Origin: Lama guanicoe
Taxonomy: Eukaryota
Reading direction: 5' to 3'
Length of the DNA: 64,000 nucleotides
Assembly (NCBI GenBank): GCA_013239625.1
Contig: MU053934.1
Span: forward strand, 3,800,399 to 3,864,398
Translations under genes and position numbers: made by a program
Notes under the pieces: model-generated
Told to the model about the DNA's origin: nothing
The model's input: the letters and a program-made list of their open reading frames with translations, nothing else
Database searches by the model: none
Shown: piece after piece, positions 1-12,860 of the stretch
Position numbering within the stretch: the stretch's first letter is position 1
Layout: each line of letters opens with the position of its first letter

Positions 1-269
1 AGTGTGGGCTCTGGCACAGGTGTGTGTGAGAGGGAGGGGTGCCCTGGGTGGTGTGTGTGGATGCGTGCCATTGCCAGAGGAGAAAGGGGGTGTAGAAGAC
101 AAGTGGACTCTCACTGCGGATGCAGGGCCGAGGGGCAGCTGCACCCAGCACACGGCCTGGCGCTGAGCGGGACCTCGGCATGTGCCTGTCATGGCTGGGG
201 GTGCAGGCTTCTGTGTGCCCATAAGGAGGGCATGGGCGGGTGTGTCGTGAGGCCCAGGGGAAGAGACAC

Positions 270-361
270 GATGTGGGGGTGGGGGTGGGGGTGGTGTGGG
301 CTCAGGTCGATGTAGAGAGAGGATGTGGGGGTGGGGGTGGGGGTGGTGTGGGCTCAGGTCG
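270..361. repeat. Two identical 40-bp G-rich units (period 52)
   Basis: GATGTGGGGGTGGGGGTGGGGGTGGTGTGGGCTCAGGTCG at 270-309 and 322-361. Confidence 0.9.
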
Positions 362-914
362 CTGGTGTGAGGACTTTGACTCTGAAGTCCTAAAAGGCAG
401 GGAGGGATTGGGTGACACAGCTCAGGGTGTGTCCCTGGCTTGTCCATCCCGCAGAGGACTCATAACCCTTTGCTGATTAGCGCTGATTGGGCAGGTGGGG
501 TGGGGGTTGTTGGGAGCTGGGGGGATGGTAGCTGTTTGCACAGGCGCTGAGCGAGTAATGAGGCTTGACTGTAGGTGTGTGACTGTAGGTGTGGGGGGCA
601 GGTCAGGGTGTAGGGGTGGGGTGCAGAGGTGGCCTGGGTATGGCAATGGGCTCACTGGGCAGCATCGGGGTAACATCTGCAGTGTGTGCACCTGGGGTTT
701 CATGGGCCTGCAGGGCCCAGTGCTGCATCTCTGAGAGCACCCGGGGGTGCAGCTGAAGGTATGTGAGGGGTCTCTGGCCAGAGCGTGAGGGTGAAGGTGG
801 TGGGTGGGAGTGTGTAGGGGCGAGGATGAGTGGAGTGTCTGGTGTGGGGTCCAGAGACTATGGGTAGGGGGCACCAGGGGGGCTGCATGGGGTTGAGGGG
901 GGCCGGGAACTCAC

Positions 915-990
915 CATGGAAGGCCCGGAGGTAGTTGTTCCCCAGGTACACCAGGTTCTCCAGGGCGGGGTTAAACTGCTCCATGATGCT
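915..990 (-). CDS. BAIAP2L2: BAIAP2L2 coding exon 2 (IMD/I-BAR domain N-terminus); gene continues beyond window start
   Basis: Translates SIMEQFNPALENLVYLGNNYLRAFH; acceptor cttcag, donor G|gtgagt; 76 nt, in frame with exon 1. Confidence 0.95.
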
Positions 991-2129
991 CTGAAGCCAG
1001 AAGGCAAGGGGACAGAAGGGGGAGATTGGGAGAAGAAGAAGGAATGATGGGCAGAGGCAAGTCCCTGGGCCTTAGGAGCAGCCCCAGTGAGACACCTAGA
1101 AACCTGGAGTCACCCAGAAGCCTGGCTCTCCGCTGCAAGGGCCTCAGAGGCCCAGATCCAGGCCAGGGCCCCCTTGGCCTGCTCCCGCTCACCACCTGCC
1201 CAGGGGGAACTTGCTCCTGGCAGGTTCTCCTCCCACTGGCTGAAGCCTGCGGTCTTTCACAGGGCCTGGCTACATGTGGCTCAACCCAGCCCTGAGTCCA
1301 GGTCTCACCAGGCTGGACATGTGGGCTGCAGACAGTCACCTCAGAGGCAAGGACAGATCTTTCCCTCCTCAAAGAAGAGTCCCTTGGGAGCAAGGCTGTG
1401 GCTGGGTCCCTTAGGCTGCCCCAGCCCATGGCCAGTGGGAGAGAACCCTGGGTACTCGGGTCTCGATTTAAACTCCAGCAGCCTCACTTCCTCCCTTGGT
1501 GACTTTGAACAACTCCTGGCCTCAGTTTTCCCATCTATCAAGTGGGGTGATTATTTTTGGGGGGTGATTATTTTCTACCCCACAGGTAGGGTGTCGTGAG
1601 GTTTACATATGAAAGGGCCCTACACACAGGAGGTGCTCAATAAATGTCTATGGAGACTGCCGCAGCCCCTCCGGAGTGAGGTAGGAAGTTTGCATGAGGG
1701 GCTCAGAAACCAGAGAGAGACAGAGAAACAGAGACAGGGAGACAGAGAGAAAGAGACAAAGAGACAGAAACTCCCCACTCCCGGGCCAGGTGGCTCCTCA
1801 GGCCCCCTGCTCCCAGCTGAGGCCACCTTGGGCCCTGCCCTGCTCTGTCCAGTGTTTGGGAGTTGGGGGCTCCTGTTGAAGTGCTGTCTCAGCAGGCCGG
1901 TCACTCACTGGATGGACCCCTGCTCTGGGAGCCTCAGGTTAGGGCTGGAGTGACTGACGGCCCCAGGGATCCCCACCGCCAAGCCCACAGCTCAGCCCAG
2001 CCTGGTTCTGGGCTTTCTTTTCCAGAACATGCTGCAGCCATGCTCACCCTCTGTCCTCCAGAGCCAGCCCGACCTTCGAGCCCTGGAAGAGGGTGCTCGA
2101 GCCCAGGCCTTGGCCGCACACACACTCAC

Positions 2130-2180
2130 CTTGTAGATGGCCATGGTGGACCTGTAGAACTGGTCCATTTCGGGGGCCAT
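2130..2180 (-). CDS. BAIAP2L2: BAIAP2L2 coding exon 1
   Basis: ATG at 2180; MAPEMDQFYRSTMAIYK, then donor AAG|gtgagt; matches the known Pinkbar/BAIAP2L2 N-terminus and the known order next to PLA2G6. Confidence 0.95.
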
Positions 2181-2219
2181 GGAGTGGGTGCACCCGGGCG
2201 CTGAGCAGGAGGCTGGTGG

Positions 2220-2460
2220 TGACGTCAGGGCTGGGAGCACTGGGGGCTGTACACTCCAGGGCCCGCTGCTCAGTGGGCAGTGAAGGAGGCTGCAGAGTGG
2301 GACCTGGAGATGGGAGCGCCGGCCGAGGAGGAGGTGGCAGCTTAATTATTCACCAGCCAGGGATGTCAGAACGCGATATGGGGCGTAACCAGAGCCAGCA
2401 GGGAAGGCATCCTGTGACGCGGGTAGGTTCATGTGACCTGCCCTTCAATTATTTACCCCT
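2220..2460 (-). promoter_or_regulatory. BAIAP2L2 5'UTR/proximal promoter with a CRE and two HNF1-like sites
   Basis: TGACGTCA at 2220-2227; GGTGAATAATTAAG (minus, 2341-2354) and GGTAAATAATTGAA (minus, 2444-2457) resemble GTTAATNATTAAC. Confidence 0.55.
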
Positions 2461-3120
2461 CTGAGCCGTGGACTGGTGGGCACGCGTGGACGGCCACTCT
2501 CCTAGGTCACCTTCTCCTTGAGAACAAGACTTTTCCAGGCCAGGGGGGATCCTTGGCTCTGGGGGACTGCTGCCCTCCCACCTGCCTTACCGGGCAGTGC
2601 CCACCCTACTGTGGAGCTGTGCAGTGCCCTCCCCGATACCCCTGGCCCTGACAATCCCCAGCGCCTGCAGGCAGAACACGCCCACTCGTCACTATTCTCA
2701 GGCCCCTTCTCTACCCTGAGCCCCTCAGACCTGCATCCCAAGGGCTGAGGCTCCCACACCTGCTGCCGCCCATCCAGCTCCCCTGCATGCTGGAGACAGG
2801 GCACCACAAATCCTGAGTTGCACACACCCTGGCCTTGCTCACTCGCTGTGTGATGGTGCCTGAGCTCCCTGCCCTCTCTGGTCTCATCCCCTCTGGCAAG
2901 TGGGGCTCTCCCTCCCCGCCAACCATGAGGCAGGTGGGCCTGGATGCTGGCTCTGAACACCCTTGGAGGCCTGACTGGGAGAGACCCAAGGAAGACAAGA
3001 GGTGTCCGTAACTCGGGGAGCCTGGGAAACAGCTTCTATCCAAGTGGGCACAGGAAGATGACAGTCAAGGCTGAAGGTCAAGGCTGAGGGGAGGTGGCAG
3101 GGTTGGGGGACAGGGACACT

Positions 3121-3169
3121 CACACCACAGCACACACCACACAGGCAAACTGGAATGGAACCGTTTATT
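3121..3169 (-). terminator. PLA2G6: PLA2G6 polyadenylation signal and downstream GU-rich element
   Basis: AATAAA on minus strand at 3164-3169, followed ~15-45 nt later by GTTTGCCTGTGTGGTGTGTGCTGTGGTGTG; ~630 nt after the stop codon. Confidence 0.85.
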
Positions 3170-3798
3170 TCACAGTCTGGGCAGTCCATGGAGCCCCTCT
3201 CCGCTCATAAACCACTTCCTGTCGGGAAGAATAACTTAAGTCACAGGAGCGACCTTTGAGAGCTGAGGAGAGCTCGCAGGGTGGGGTGCGGGTGGCAGGG
3301 TGCGTGTTGAGGGGCAAAGTCGAATGGGCCACCCCACTCCTGGAGCCTGGGTTTCCCCTCCTGATGGGGTGGGTGACAGCCCATTTCTCTAGCCCCACCT
3401 CCAGCAGAGGGCAGAGGGTAGAAAGGGTTGCTGCACCCCCCAGGGGGCCCGGAAGAGCCCAGGACCCCCTCGGAGGCTGGGGCTGGTAGCACGTCCAGGT
3501 GCCCTTAGTGTTTGAGCCAACAGGGCCAAGGGCCCCGGGAGTCAGTCAGGGAGGCAGTCGGGGAACGGGCCCAAGTGGGGCTCCAGGCTCTTTAAGCCTG
3601 GAATGACACGGAGGGCCAGAGGAGGGGACAGAGGGAAGAGAGGCCTTCAGGACCAGCCTCAGGCAGGAGGCCCGCCATGCCCTGGGCCTAGGGCTGCCTG
3701 GGCCCAGCTAGGCCCAGGGGTGTGGTGGTCGGGCCCCGCCCGGCCTCCCCCGCAGGGGCTGGGTGGGGAGGGCAGGGGCGGCTGCGGGCCTGGCGGCC

Positions 3799-3966
<168 letters not shown>

Positions 3967-4136
3967 TCACTCCAGGACACGCAGTCTGGGTGGAGGACAA
4001 GAGCCAGGACTGGGGTGGGCTTGAGGCACAGAGCAGCCCCTTGGGGGAAAGGAAACGTCCAGGCCAGGGCCTGGGGTGGGGAAGGTCATGGCCGGTTCAG
4101 GCGTGGGGCCAGGGGCCGGGGCCAGCCAAGCCCTCA

Positions 4137-4292
<156 letters not shown>

Positions 4293-4728
4293 TTAGCCCC
4301 CAGTTGGCAGAGTGACTATGGGCAAGTCCCCCTTTCTGTGCTTCAGTGACTGTCCCAGCTATACAATCAGAGGGGCACAGCCCATGGCTTTGACAGGTGG
4401 CTCAGCAGTGCCTATTCAGGGTCAGTGAGTGTGGAGGGGCTGAGTGGACAGGCCTCCACGTCCCTGTCCCCTGCAGCTTGTCCACCTGACCTTCTGGGCT
4501 CCCACATGGGCAGGGCTTGAAAGAAGGGCCCCACAGCCACTACACCCCCCCACTGTTGGTGGTCACTGAAGGTCCTGCCAGCAATGAGACACTGAACCGA
4601 GGACCCCTCCCCTGAGCTGGCTAAGGACGGCCAACAGAGCCCTGCCATCCCCCTGACACCGAGGGTGAGGACACCATCCTAGGGGTGAGGCCTCAGGGAA
4701 GTGGGCTTGGGGAGGGGCCCATACTCAC

Positions 4729-4896
4729 ACAGTCCACCACCATCTTGCCCAGTTCCTTGGCCCCAAAAACAGTCTTGGCCAGTTCCCAGGGGTTGCTGGG
4801 ACGGAAGACGTCCACACAGGTCACGGGCACCTGTGGGGACCTCCCTGTCCCCAGGGAGACGACAATGGAGAGTTTCTTCACCTTGTTGCCCTGACC
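4729..4896 (-). CDS. PLA2G6: PLA2G6 exon 15
   Basis: [56 protein letters not shown]; caacag / gtgagt. Confidence 0.96.
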
Positions 4897-6072
4897 CTGT
4901 TGGGACAGGACCAGGTCAGAGGAGACCTTCCCCTCTGGGTAGGGGGCACCCAGGGGTAAGAGAGGCCCATGGCTGGGGCCCTGGGGGAGCATGAGGAGGG
5001 GCGACAGGCTCATGTGGCAAGAGCACAGCCCATGCTGCACCTCCTCTGCTTCGGATCAAGTTCTGCTGCCAATCTGCTGGGTGACCCTGGCAACCCACCT
5101 ACCCAGGCTCCTCATCCACTTAGACGGATGATGTCTGAGGACCCCTTCCCATCCCACAGTCTCTCACTGATTCCTTCCTCCTCCAGGAAGCTTGCCCTGC
5201 CCCATCTGGCCCCTAGAGGGCGCTCGCCTCTCAGCTGCGTCACCTGGGGCTGCGTCATGACCCAAGGTTCTTGGTGATGACCGCAGTGATAAACACAGCC
5301 AGCAAGCATACAGCACGCACGCTCGAGGTCAGGCATGCCCTAAACACTTCACAGATAAGAATGCATGGATGCCTCACGACAGTCCCCAGGCTGGTACTAT
5401 CAGTAGCCACACATAGTGGCTGAAGGGAAGCACAGGCAGAGTCAGGCCCCACCCAGAGGCCATGTACTGCACCCCCGCCTCTCCTACCACATGTGCCCAC
5501 CTCTGCGCTAAGCTCCTTGGGCTGAGGGCTGCGGCTTTTCCTCTGAATCGCTGACTCTGCACTGCCTCATCCCCAAAGGCCTCAGGACCCCCTCCTCCAT
5601 GAGCCCTTCTGAGCCTCAGGTCTCTCAGCAGAGGTGATGCTCCGGGCCCTCTGTCACAGCACCCAAAACACTTGGGTAAGTGTGTCCCTGCTTTGGACCA
5701 TCTTCCCTAAATGTGAGTTTCCCAAGGGCAACCACATGTCTCCAGGCCAGGCTGTGTGGCTACACCTGCGACAGGAACACACTGGTATCAGGCTGCGCTC
5801 CCCGCAAACCGCAGATGTTGGTACTTAATCATAACGCTTCACCACCCAGTCCAGACTGGGCCTCAGAACCCCTCTTAGCACACTGCTTCAGGCAGCACTA
5901 CCAATCAAGCAGGTTTAAGTGTGAGATAAAGTTGCTGTTGCGTGCAAATAAATGAACACATGAATAAAAGCCACTTGCTCTCCTAGGAGTCAGTCCTTAG
6001 AAAGGGTTGCCGATACAGGGCGGCTGTAGTGGGCGGTCACGTCCAGCTTCTCTGACCTGAGGCGGCTCTCAC

Positions 6073-6227
6073 CTTGCGGATCATGTCCTGGTTGTACTCG
6101 TGGATCTCGGTCATGGCGTCCAGTGTGGGGTTGTTGGCCAGCAGCCCGCCATCCAGGAAGCGCCCGTTGGGCCGGAAGTAGGTGGGGGCTGCCCCACTGC
6201 TCCGGGCTGCCCGCCACACCAGCTGCT
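6073..6227 (-). CDS. PLA2G6: PLA2G6 exon 14 (catalytic Asp, DGG motif)
   Basis: [51 protein letters not shown]; ccccag / gtgaga. Confidence 0.96.
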
Positions 6228-6626
6228 CTGGGGGTGGGAGATGAGGGGGCCCAGTGGCACATGAGATGTGCGCTTTGGACCTCAGGGTATGTGCGCATGT
6301 GTGCACGTGTGTGTGCATGTGGTGCTGCGGGAAGAGAGAGAGGCTGGGGACTCTTCAGAGGCAGGATCAGGACCGATGGCCATGCTGTCTGGCCCCGCCG
6401 TCCTGGAGGAAGGCAGGGTGCAGCCGAGGGCCTCCTCTGGCCTGCCCGAGCCCTGACGGCTGCCCGGCTCTGCCTGCCCTCAGCTGATACACTCTGGGAG
6501 ACCAGGACAGGGGGTGGGATGGTGGTGGCCTGGGGGGACCTGGCAGCAAGCCTGTGACTCCCACCCACCACCCCACAGCCTCTCAGGCCAACAGCTCCCC
6601 ACAGATGCATCACACATGGTTTTAAC

Positions 6627-6763
6627 CTGAGGGATGAGTTGGAGGCTTTAGGTTAACATTCTGGTTGAAACGAGGCTCCCGTACACACTCTGGAGCCTCG
6701 TAATTCCGGAAGAGGTGGAGTTCAGCCGGCTGCCGGTCAGAGAGTGTCCCTGTCAGCATCACC
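6627..6763 (-). CDS. PLA2G6: PLA2G6 exon 13
   Basis: [45 protein letters not shown]; ctccag / gttaaa (weak donor). Confidence 0.94.
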
Positions 6764-9508
6764 CTGGAGAGAAACAAGGACCAGGACACTGAAGCCACTG
6801 ACCCACCCACTCTTGGCAATCCACCTATGGCAATTTTCGTCCAAACTGCAGGTGCACTAATCCTTAAACTTGGCAATCCTATTTCTGGGACGCCATCCAC
6901 ACATGTGGGAGATGGGCACGCACTATTAATGGCATGGGTTGTTCAATGCCCTGCAGTTCCCCTGCACCAGTGGGGTCCGTGTCACAGCAGAACAATGTAG
7001 GAAGTGCTTCACATACTGATGGGTGGTGAGCACCAAGACTTACGGTGAAGTGGGAAAAGCAAGGTTCAGGACAGTGTGTGTAGTATGCCACCATTTATTT
7101 AAAAACAAAACCAAAATGACCCTAAGTACCTATTTCCTTGGTCAGAGGGTAACTCCAAAAGGACCCATGTGCAGAACCTGGCAACAGTGAGTTGCCTCTG
7201 GGGCAGGGGACTGCTTGGTGGCTGCAGCTCCGGGACCGGAGTTGGGGGGAGACTTTTCAGCATATCACCTTTGATACCTTGCCAATGTTCTACCATGTGC
7301 GTCTATGATCTATTAAAGAAGACTCTTGCTTGTCTCGAGAGACACAGGTGTCCTTAAATACTGCAGGGAGGGTAGACTGGCACAGCCCTGGAAACTAATA
7401 CGTATTCAGACTCTTACAAAGGTCCTGGCTCTTTGATCTGGGAATTCCAATTTGGGAAATCTATTCTAAAGGATTACTCTTAGTCACAATGAAAGCTTTT
7501 GGTTTAAGGCTACTCATGCAGTGTAATTTATTAGAGTGAAAAATGAGTGATCTAAAAGAAAACAATAGAAGCGAGTGACTAACAACGGGATGTTTTGCAG
7601 CCATTCCAAATTATGCTCGCAAGGAGTTCAGACTAACACAGAAATGTGTTTGTTACACTGAAAAATATAAAGGAAAGGGAACAAAAAACTCTGCAGAGGA
7701 AAAATAAAAGATTAGTTTTCCACTTCTAAGAATATCGTGGAAAGGTTATTTGAACAACCCTTCCACTGAACAATAAATTAAATGCTGGGGAAAATTTTTT
7801 TTATAATTTAAAGCACACAGGATCTCTTATGATAGAAAGGAAAGACCCCAGGGTAAACTCTGAGGATGAGCACAAACCCAGAGACGTAAACGGAGCACAG
7901 ACCCAGCTTTGACCTGAAGACAGACACCAAACTGTCAATCTGAACTGCACTGCTGATGGCCTCGGGGGGCCAGGGGGCCAGAAGTCAAAGCCCAGGACCC
8001 ACTAAAGGTTAGGGATTTAATGGGAGGCCCTCCCCACATGAGGCTGTAACTCCAAAGGGCTACCCTTTTAGATAATGGTACACCAGAAATAAGCTTGCTC
8101 CTTTCCCATCCCTGGAGGTTGTAAAGAAAATTGCCTGGCAGTGGACAAAGGAGGGAGAAAAAAAATCCCTGAAAATGTATAACCACAAACTAACACTTCT
8201 GTCAATTTGTGGTCTAAATTCGTATCATCTGGGGGGAAGTTCCAAAACCTTCATGCCAAGAATTTAGTTACAGTGGCCCTGGTTGGTAGTGTATGTGGGT
8301 ACCTCGAAGAGATAACACAAGACACTCTGGAGAAGATACCCTCATTCTAGGCCTCACAGAATCTGCACATATTATTTTTCAGCACTAAGGAACACCACAC
8401 AGTTCCAAAAAGAGTGGAGGGGTATACAACAGGCACATCATGGATGAGAATCAGCATAAACCAACACAAATCCCGAAACATACCTACATAGACATTAGTT
8501 ATTTGAATCCCCAAATGAAGATGATAAAACAGGTATGCTTACAATGTTTAATGACATCAAAGACAAGCTTATTATTATTATTATTATTATTCCCTAAATA
8601 ATATATTTAGGGAATAGAAAACTACAAGTAATGGCCTAGAAGATTTTAAGAAAAACAAAGAGTACTTCTAGAAATTAAAGAATAAAATAAAATAAGAAAC
8701 TCAGTGAATAGGTTAAATGGAAAATCAGATAAAGCTAAAGAGAGAATTAGTGAATTAGAAAATAGGTAAGAAGAAATTATCCAGAATGCACCTCAGAGAG
8801 ACAAAATGAAAGCATATACAGGAGAAGTTAAAAGACATGAAAGATAGAAAAGCTCTAACATTTTAAGTTGGAGTTTCATAAGGAGAGGAGAGAGAAAATT
8901 AGGTAGAGGCAAGGGTAAACAGATAATGACTAGGGCCTCCAGAAATGAAGACACCAATCCAAAGATTCAAGAAGACCAAAAAAATCCCATGCAGGATAAA
9001 TGAGAAGGAATTCATATCTAGAGATAACATAGTGTAACTACAGAGCACCAAAAACAAACAAACACATAAATAAAAGCATCCAGAGAGAACAGACCACTTA
9101 CTTTCAAAGAAGTAAGAGTTAAACTGAAATTGACTTTGGAAGTGCAACAATGGATGCTAAAAGATAATGATATTTTTCATGTTCTACAAGAAAATCATCA
9201 GCCTAGAATTCTATACTCAACAAGAATAAGAGAGAAATAAAAGAATGTTCAATTGATGAGGATGAAATAAAACTAGTGTCAAATGATGAGAGTGAAAGCA
9301 AGCTATCTGCAGACAATTTTGCTAGTGGAGAATTCACTACCTGCAGATCATCTCTATGGAAAAGTCAAAAGAATATACTGTAGGCAGAAGGAAGGCAGTC
9401 ACAGATGGAAGTCTGGAATGCAGGAAAGAATGTAAAGCAAAGAAACGATACACATATATCCATATAAATACACATATGCACACACATACACATACACACA
9501 TACGTACC

Positions 9509-9695
9509 CAATGGTACAGCTAGAGCCAGCTCATACTGGTTGTGAGAACCTATTGTTAAATCTCATCAGCTGGTTGTTAAACTGTTGGTAGCTTAAGATT
9601 GGCCAAGGTGGGAGTATTTATGCCGTGGGAGCTGGCAAACACCATAGATCAGGGCTTTCCCCTGCCCAGAGATCTGGTTTACTAGCATGCCACTT
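9509..9695 (+). mobile_element. MER63A-like hAT DNA transposon (non-autonomous)
   Basis: Resembles recalled MER63 consensus (...gttggtagcttaagattggccaaggtgggagtattta...atcagggcttt...tttactagcatgccact). Confidence 0.65.
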
Positions 9696-10727
9696 GATAA
9701 ATATAAATAAACATCAACTTCAAAAAACAATAACAATGTCTCGTGAGGTTTCAAAAAGCAAGATAGATTTAAAATACAAAAAGTAACTATAAATAAGATG
9801 GAGGAAGGAATATGGAATTAGAGCATTTAAAAATCATTGATTATCTAAGGGGAGGCTAATAGTATCAATTAAATTTAGACTTCTATAACATACACTGAAA
9901 AGAAAACAGAAATGAGCATATAAATTTGAAACTACTGGGGTTGGGGTGGAATGTAATGATTAAAACTATTCAGTAAATCCAAAAGAAGGCAAGAAAGAGA
10001 AAAAGAAACACAGAACAAAATAGGATAGCATATATCAGCCCAAATATACCAGCAATTCCGTAAATATAAATGGATCAGCTCTATAAACTGCGAGATTAAC
10101 TATATGAAGTTTCTGATAGTCAAGCCAATCTGCTAAACCAGACTTAACAAATTAGTTAATTTTTAGAAGTATATTATTATGCATTAAAAACCTATAAATG
10201 GACTCAGTGCATAGATTAGATAAAGAACAAATCAACTCTAGGTAATTCACAAGAGAGCCATCTAAAACATAAGGATTAAAGGAGGTTAAATTAAAGCATG
10301 ACCACAGACATACCATGCAAACACAGCCAAAGAACATTAGTGTAGCTATACTAACATCAGACAAAATAGACATTAAAGTAAAAAGGACTTTTTAGAGATA
10401 AAGAGGGCTGCTTCATGATAATAAAAGGTCCACTGATATGCACTGAACAGCATAGTGTCAAAATATTCATGTAAAAACTGACAGAAGTAAAGAGTGAAAA
10501 GGCACATCCGCACAGTGGAAGAGTTCAATGCAGATCTTTCAGTAACTGGCAGAAGTGGACAAAAAATTAGTACAGATACAGAAGAACTGAAAATTTTTAA
10601 CAGCGTTCCTAGCCAACATGATTTAATTGACACATGCAGATATCGGCACTCAACAAATGAAGAATCCATCCTCTTTTAAATTATACATGGGATATCTACA
10701 AACACTGAATATAGAAGGCTGCAAACC

Positions 10728-11295
10728 CCACTATGGAAAACAGTGTGGAGATTCCTCAAAAGACTAGGAATAGACTTATCATATGACCCAGGAATCCCAC
10801 TCCTGGGCTTGTACCCAGAAGGAAATCTACTTCAGGATGACACCTGCACCCCAATGTTCATAGCAGCACTATTTACAATAGCCAAAACATGGAAACAGCC
10901 TAAATGTCCATCAACAGGTGACTGGATAAAGAAGAGGTGGTATATTTATACAATGGAATACTACTCAGCCATAAAAACCGACAACATAATGCCATTTGCA
11001 GCAACATGGATGCTCCTGGAGAATGTCATTCTAAGTGAAGTAAGCCAGAAAGAGAAAGAAAAATACCATATGAGATCGCTCATATGTGGAATCTAAAAAA
11101 CAAAAACAAACAAANNNNNNNNNNNNNNNNNNNNNNNNNNNNNNNNNNNNNNNNNNNNNNNNNNNNNNNNNAATCAGAGAATGTGACAATGAGTGTGTAT
11201 ATGTTCATGAATGACTGAAAGATTGTGCTGAACACTGGAATTTGACACAACACTGTAAAATGATTATAAATCAATAAAAAATGTTAAAAAAAAAA
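10728..11295 (+). mobile_element. Young 5'-truncated L1 insertion with 15-bp TSD
   Basis: TSD AGAAGGCTGCAAACC at 10713-10727 and 11296-11310; uninterrupted ORF2 C-terminus (WRFLKRL...CGI*, 10743-11096); AATAAA 11273-11278; A tail; contains N gap. Confidence 0.92.
11115..11171. other. Assembly gap (57 N)
   Basis: Run of N inside the young L1 3'UTR. Confidence 0.99.
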
Positions 11296-12324
11296 AGAAG
11301 GCTGCAAACCAAGTCTCTACAAATAAAGCACCAAAATCAAACAGAGCATATCCCCTGGCCACAAAACAATTAATAACGAAAAGACAACTAGAAAATCCCT
11401 AAGTTTAGAAATTGTGAAATGCCATTTTTAATACCTTATGGTTTAAAAATTATAATAAAAATTAGAAAATATTTTGAAATGAGCAGTCATAAACGTGATA
11501 ATGATATGTAATTAAAGCAGTACTTGGAGGAAACTGTTTAGATTTACATACACACACACATATACACACATATATAAGATATACACATATATTATATAGC
11601 AGAACAAAAGAAAGGCCAAAAAAAAATCAATGAGCGAAACATTTACTTCAAGAAGTTCAACAACTCAATAAACCCAAAGAAAGTACAAGAAGGAACAGAT
11701 ATGTGAGAGCAGAAATTAATGAAACCAAAAGTGTACATACAATAAAGAGCCAATAAATAGCCAGTCCAAAGTTGGGTTTTTAAAAGACCAATCCAATCAA
11801 AAAACCTGTGGTAGCAATACTGATAAAATGAAAAGAGGGGGTGTAAATAATCAGGAATGACAAGAGAGCCAGCACAACAGATCCTGAGGACATTAAAGAT
11901 AGTAAGAGAATTTTTTACCAACTCGATGCCAATAAATCTGAAGATTTATATAAAATGGACATATTACTAGAAAAACATAACTTAACCAAAACTAAACTCA
12001 AAAAGATGTTCAGAAGCCCTGGACAGTCTTATAACCCTTAAAGAAATGAATTCCATCATTAAAAATCTCCCCACCAAGCAAACTCCAGGCCTAAATGACC
12101 TCACTGGCAAGTTCTACCAAATATTCAAGGAAGAAGTAGAATTACTATTATACTAACTCTTCTGGGAAATAGAAAAAGAAGAAACACTTCCCCTAAACCA
12201 AAACCCTGCAACCTAAAAATGGGAATAAACAGGTCAATCTCACTCACGAACATGGATACAAAAATCCTAAACAAAATATTAGCCAGTTGAGCCTGTCAGA
12301 ATCCTCTCTGTACAAGGTACCGGA

Positions 12325-12860
12325 AATTGAAAGCAGGGACTCAAACAGTTCTGTGTACACCCGTGTGCACAGAAGCACTGTTCACAATAGCTAATAGGTG
12401 GAAATGAACCAAACGTCCATCAACAGATGAATGGATAAACAAGATGTGGTCTTTATGGGCAATGGAATATTATTCCGTGTTAAAAAGGATGGAAATTCTG
12501 TCACATGCTACAATATGGATGAAACTTGGACACATTATGCTGAGGGAAATAAGCCAGTCACAAACTGACAAATACTGCATGATCCACTTGCATGAGGTAC
12601 TTCGAGGAGTCAAACTCATGGAGACAGAAAGTACAATGAGGGCTTCCAGGGGCTGGGGGAGGGGAGGAATGGGGATCTGCTGTTTAACGGGTACAGGGTT
12701 TCAGTTGTGCAAGATGAAAGAGGTCAGGAGATCAGTTGCAGAACATTGTGAATATACTTAACACTACTGAATTGTACATTTAAAAATGGTTAAGGTGAAA
12801 AAAATGATTAAGATAGTAAATGTTATGTGTATTTTCCCCAAACTAACATTTTAAAAATAA
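12325..12860 (+). mobile_element. L1MB-like 3' end fragment
   Basis: gaaattgaaagcagggactcaaac...acagatgaatggataaacaagatgtggt...tgtgaatatacttaacactactgaattgtacatttaaaaatggttaag. Confidence 0.7.

Noticed and set aside
4897..6072. Intron 14 (and intron 3) length also a multiple of 3
   Set aside because: Both contain early in-frame stops, unlike intron 11
10743..11096. 117-aa ORF as a host gene
   Set aside because: It is the C-terminus of L1 ORF2 in a truncated insertion
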